Source of the DNA: Amphiscolops sp. MND2022
Lineage: Eukaryota
Reading direction: 5' to 3'
Assembly (NCBI GenBank): GCA_964187785.1
Contig: OZ076413.1
Location: 43,030,001 to 43,094,000 of the forward strand
DNA: 64,000 bases
The notes beneath the pieces are model-generated. The model made no database searches, was not told the DNA's origin, and saw only the letters and a list, made by a program, of their open reading frames with translations. Below, piece by piece: positions 61,584 to 64,000 of this stretch. The translations under genes were made by a program, and so were the position numbers. Position 1 is the stretch's first letter. Each line of letters starts with the position of its first letter.

Positions 61584-62739
61584 GGAGGAAGCGACAATTC
61601 GGAAATAAAGCGCTGTTTCCGAATTTTTGACGTTATATCTGAAGTAAATTGCCAACGAGGTAAATTTTCGATTAAGCGTCTATGGATATACTATAGTCAT
61701 TTGAAGGCGGAAAATATCCCGGTGCATGGCGGGCGTCTGGTATTTCATCATCAACAGCTCTCTTGGATTCAACAACAAAACATTCAATTTTTATCGCTTT
61801 TTTGCTTCGTTTATCATCGGATGAATTATAAAATTCACCTTCAATGAGACTGCAACAAAATAGTTAGACCAAGTAAATATTGGCTGTTCTGTAGTCTCCA
61901 CAACCTATACGTCTGTAATGGTGCTTTAGAATCTACTGAATTTTGACGGGGATGTCTGTTTTGAATAGCTTCCTGGGTTTCTTGCTCATTTGCCTTGAGA
62001 ATGTTTTTGGGCAACGCAAGTTTGTTTTTCCTTGCTGATTCACACCATGTGTCCTAAAAGTTTTTTATTCCAAATTGGGCAGATCGATACCAACCAAGTC
62101 GTAATAAAATCATTTAAGACGATTTGAACATTTTTAAAGCTGCCATAGTGGTCTGGGTTAAATCCAGGCGTTGTCGCAATTTCTGGGAAATTCAAATACC
62201 TTTTCGAAACCTCGAAACCTAAGAATGCCCTATAAATTTACAGCACTTTTCTGTTCCCTCTACACCATCAAATTTCAGTAATAAAATTCTTTTAAAAAAT
62301 CAAATTGGGATGATTAATTAACGACTACGAACTTTGCTAATGAAAGAGAGAATAACAAGGAAGAGTGAATTGTGCAGTTTCTTGAAATATGGCAGTTTCT
62401 TCTAATTTGCAAGATTGTGATATTTTGACAGGTTGTTTAAAGTTACGTAATTAATTAATTCTTTACACTTCGAGGTTCTCACGCGAATTGAGACATGAGC
62501 TCTGCTACTTTTCCCTCACTGAGTAGAAGGACACACGGGGGAGGGGGGGCGACGGTTTACAAGGTACTAATAGACATCAAACTTGATTGGTTTAGCTACT
62601 ACCAATTACAATTCAGTTCTTCACTGGTTTGTTCGGGCTTAATGATAGTAACATAATAAACGTATTTAAAACATAATTGATGCATGCTACTACTACAGCA
62701 TGAAAGTAATAATGTAATTGATACAATGTTTCGTACAGT

Positions 62740-63770
62740 TTAAAATGTTCTAACAATTTTTTTCAGGTTAGGTAATTCGTATACGCTAGGTAGACTTGCT
62801 CCTTCCATACTTGACTCTTGCTCCAAATTCGCAATCTTTGAGACCATTACATTGTGTCCTAGCCACTTCGGTTTCTTAGACACTCTATTTGAAATTCGGG
62901 ATTTCTCCCATTTCACCTTTTCTTTTATTGGCACTGATTGTTCAGGCATTTCTGTTTCTTCTTCATCTTGGATCCCTTCGTGATTGATGGCCGTTTTCTC
63001 TTCAGATTAATGTTTTTTAAGGGGCACTTGTTCTCGCATGTCCGGTTGTGCGATTTCTTCTCCTTCTGTTGACGGTGAGACCTCGCCAGCAATAGCCATT
63101 ATGTTTGCCTCTTCCTGGTCTTTTTGCTTTTTGCGCATTTCCCCGCTTTGCTCTTATTTCTCTTTTTACCCGCATTTGGCAAATTTTGCATTTCTTTATT
63201 CTGTTCTTCGCTAGCTCCACTGTTAATTTACTGCCTTGCGGCCGTTTCTCATGAGTGATTGCTACATCTCTCTTTCAGACCGTGACTTCTTTTCCGGAGT
63301 TTGGCAGAACTGTCAGGGTATTTTCCGATTGCTGTGTCACTCTGCCCTTGTTTTTTTCGGAATGAGCCTTCTAATTTTGTGCCTCGCACACATTCCCGAA
63401 CCAGGATTGTCGAACCTGCCTCTACAATGAAATTTTCTAGTTGGATATCGATTTGGGGATCTTTCTCTGAATTACACTTTTCGATCATAGCTGATTTCAA
63501 AGGTTTTGGTTTTCTACCATTTTGTTTCTCAGATGCAGAGAAACTTCTCTGCCATCTGCTCCTTTTTCCGTCCTTAGGGCAGGCAGTATGTTCAAAATTT
63601 CTTTGCTATCTCGTTCAACAATAATTGTTCTATTTATTCTCAACCGTTCGTTTATAGTCCGTATCTTACGCTCCACTTTTCCTTTAGCTCTATACTGACA
63701 GACCGTATGTTGAATAAAACGCTCTTTAAAGAATTGTTTAAACTTTTCACTTTTAAACACTTCCGTATTT
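62740..63770 (-). pseudogene. pol: Gypsy integrase C-terminal fragment related to the 50142-55106 element
   Basis: FKSEKFKQF..KGKVERKIRTINERLR. VRGTKLEGSFRKK matches TRGAKLAGSYKKR, and KPKWLGHNVMV matches KTDFFGHNIKV, in the second Gypsy. Confidence 0.8.
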
Positions 63771-64000
63771 AATTTTTTTTAAATACTTTTAAATACTACC
63801 GTTACTGGGCCCTTCTGATCCCCTTTGGGATACCTTGAGCCGCGATACATTCTGTTAAAAATCCAACGACGTTTCCCGTGCTTGGGTTCGTTAAAAATAG
63901 CGCCTCCGGTCATCCTGAGTTGTTATCTACCGAGACAAAAAAATACTTTTGTGTTCATGTGCGTTTTGAAACGGGTCCGCCAGATCTATCGAGATTTCTT

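Noticed and set aside
62310..62520. 3' LTR of the third Gypsy fragment
   Set aside because: A possible minus-strand PPT lies near 62509-62516, but there is no clean TG start and no partner LTR in the window.

Overview
AT-rich eukaryotic (invertebrate-like) DNA made almost entirely of transposons and satellite; I cannot support any intact host gene. The main structure is a nested complex at 10633-48835. (1) The outer layer is a giant Ty3/Gypsy LTR element with ~260-bp LTRs (~98% identical) and a 4-bp TSD (TTTC). Its reconstructed native length is ~18.4 kb. It carries a long structured 5' leader, a single-frame Gag-Pol, a Ser/Thr/Pro-rich ORF, an envelope gene resembling chuvirus (Jingchuvirales) class III glycoproteins, and two orphan ORFs after env. 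(2) Its gag gene is split by a ~16.5-kb foldback element with no recognisable gene. This insert has Polinton/Maverick-type ends (AGTAGT...ACTACT, 6-bp TSD CATATA, ~240-280-bp TIRs) and two oppositely oriented arrays of an 84-bp satellite with higher-order repeats. (3) A 3.29-kb tandem duplication with a templated junction insertion then copied part of both elements. The flanks hold a second decayed Gypsy element (50142-55106), a near full-length RTE-like LINE (56934-59892, minus), a third Gypsy fragment, a CR1/L2-like RT relic, LTR-like elements with an orphan ORF, a MITE, palindromes and small tandem repeats. All family assignments come from motif recognition by eye; no searches were run.
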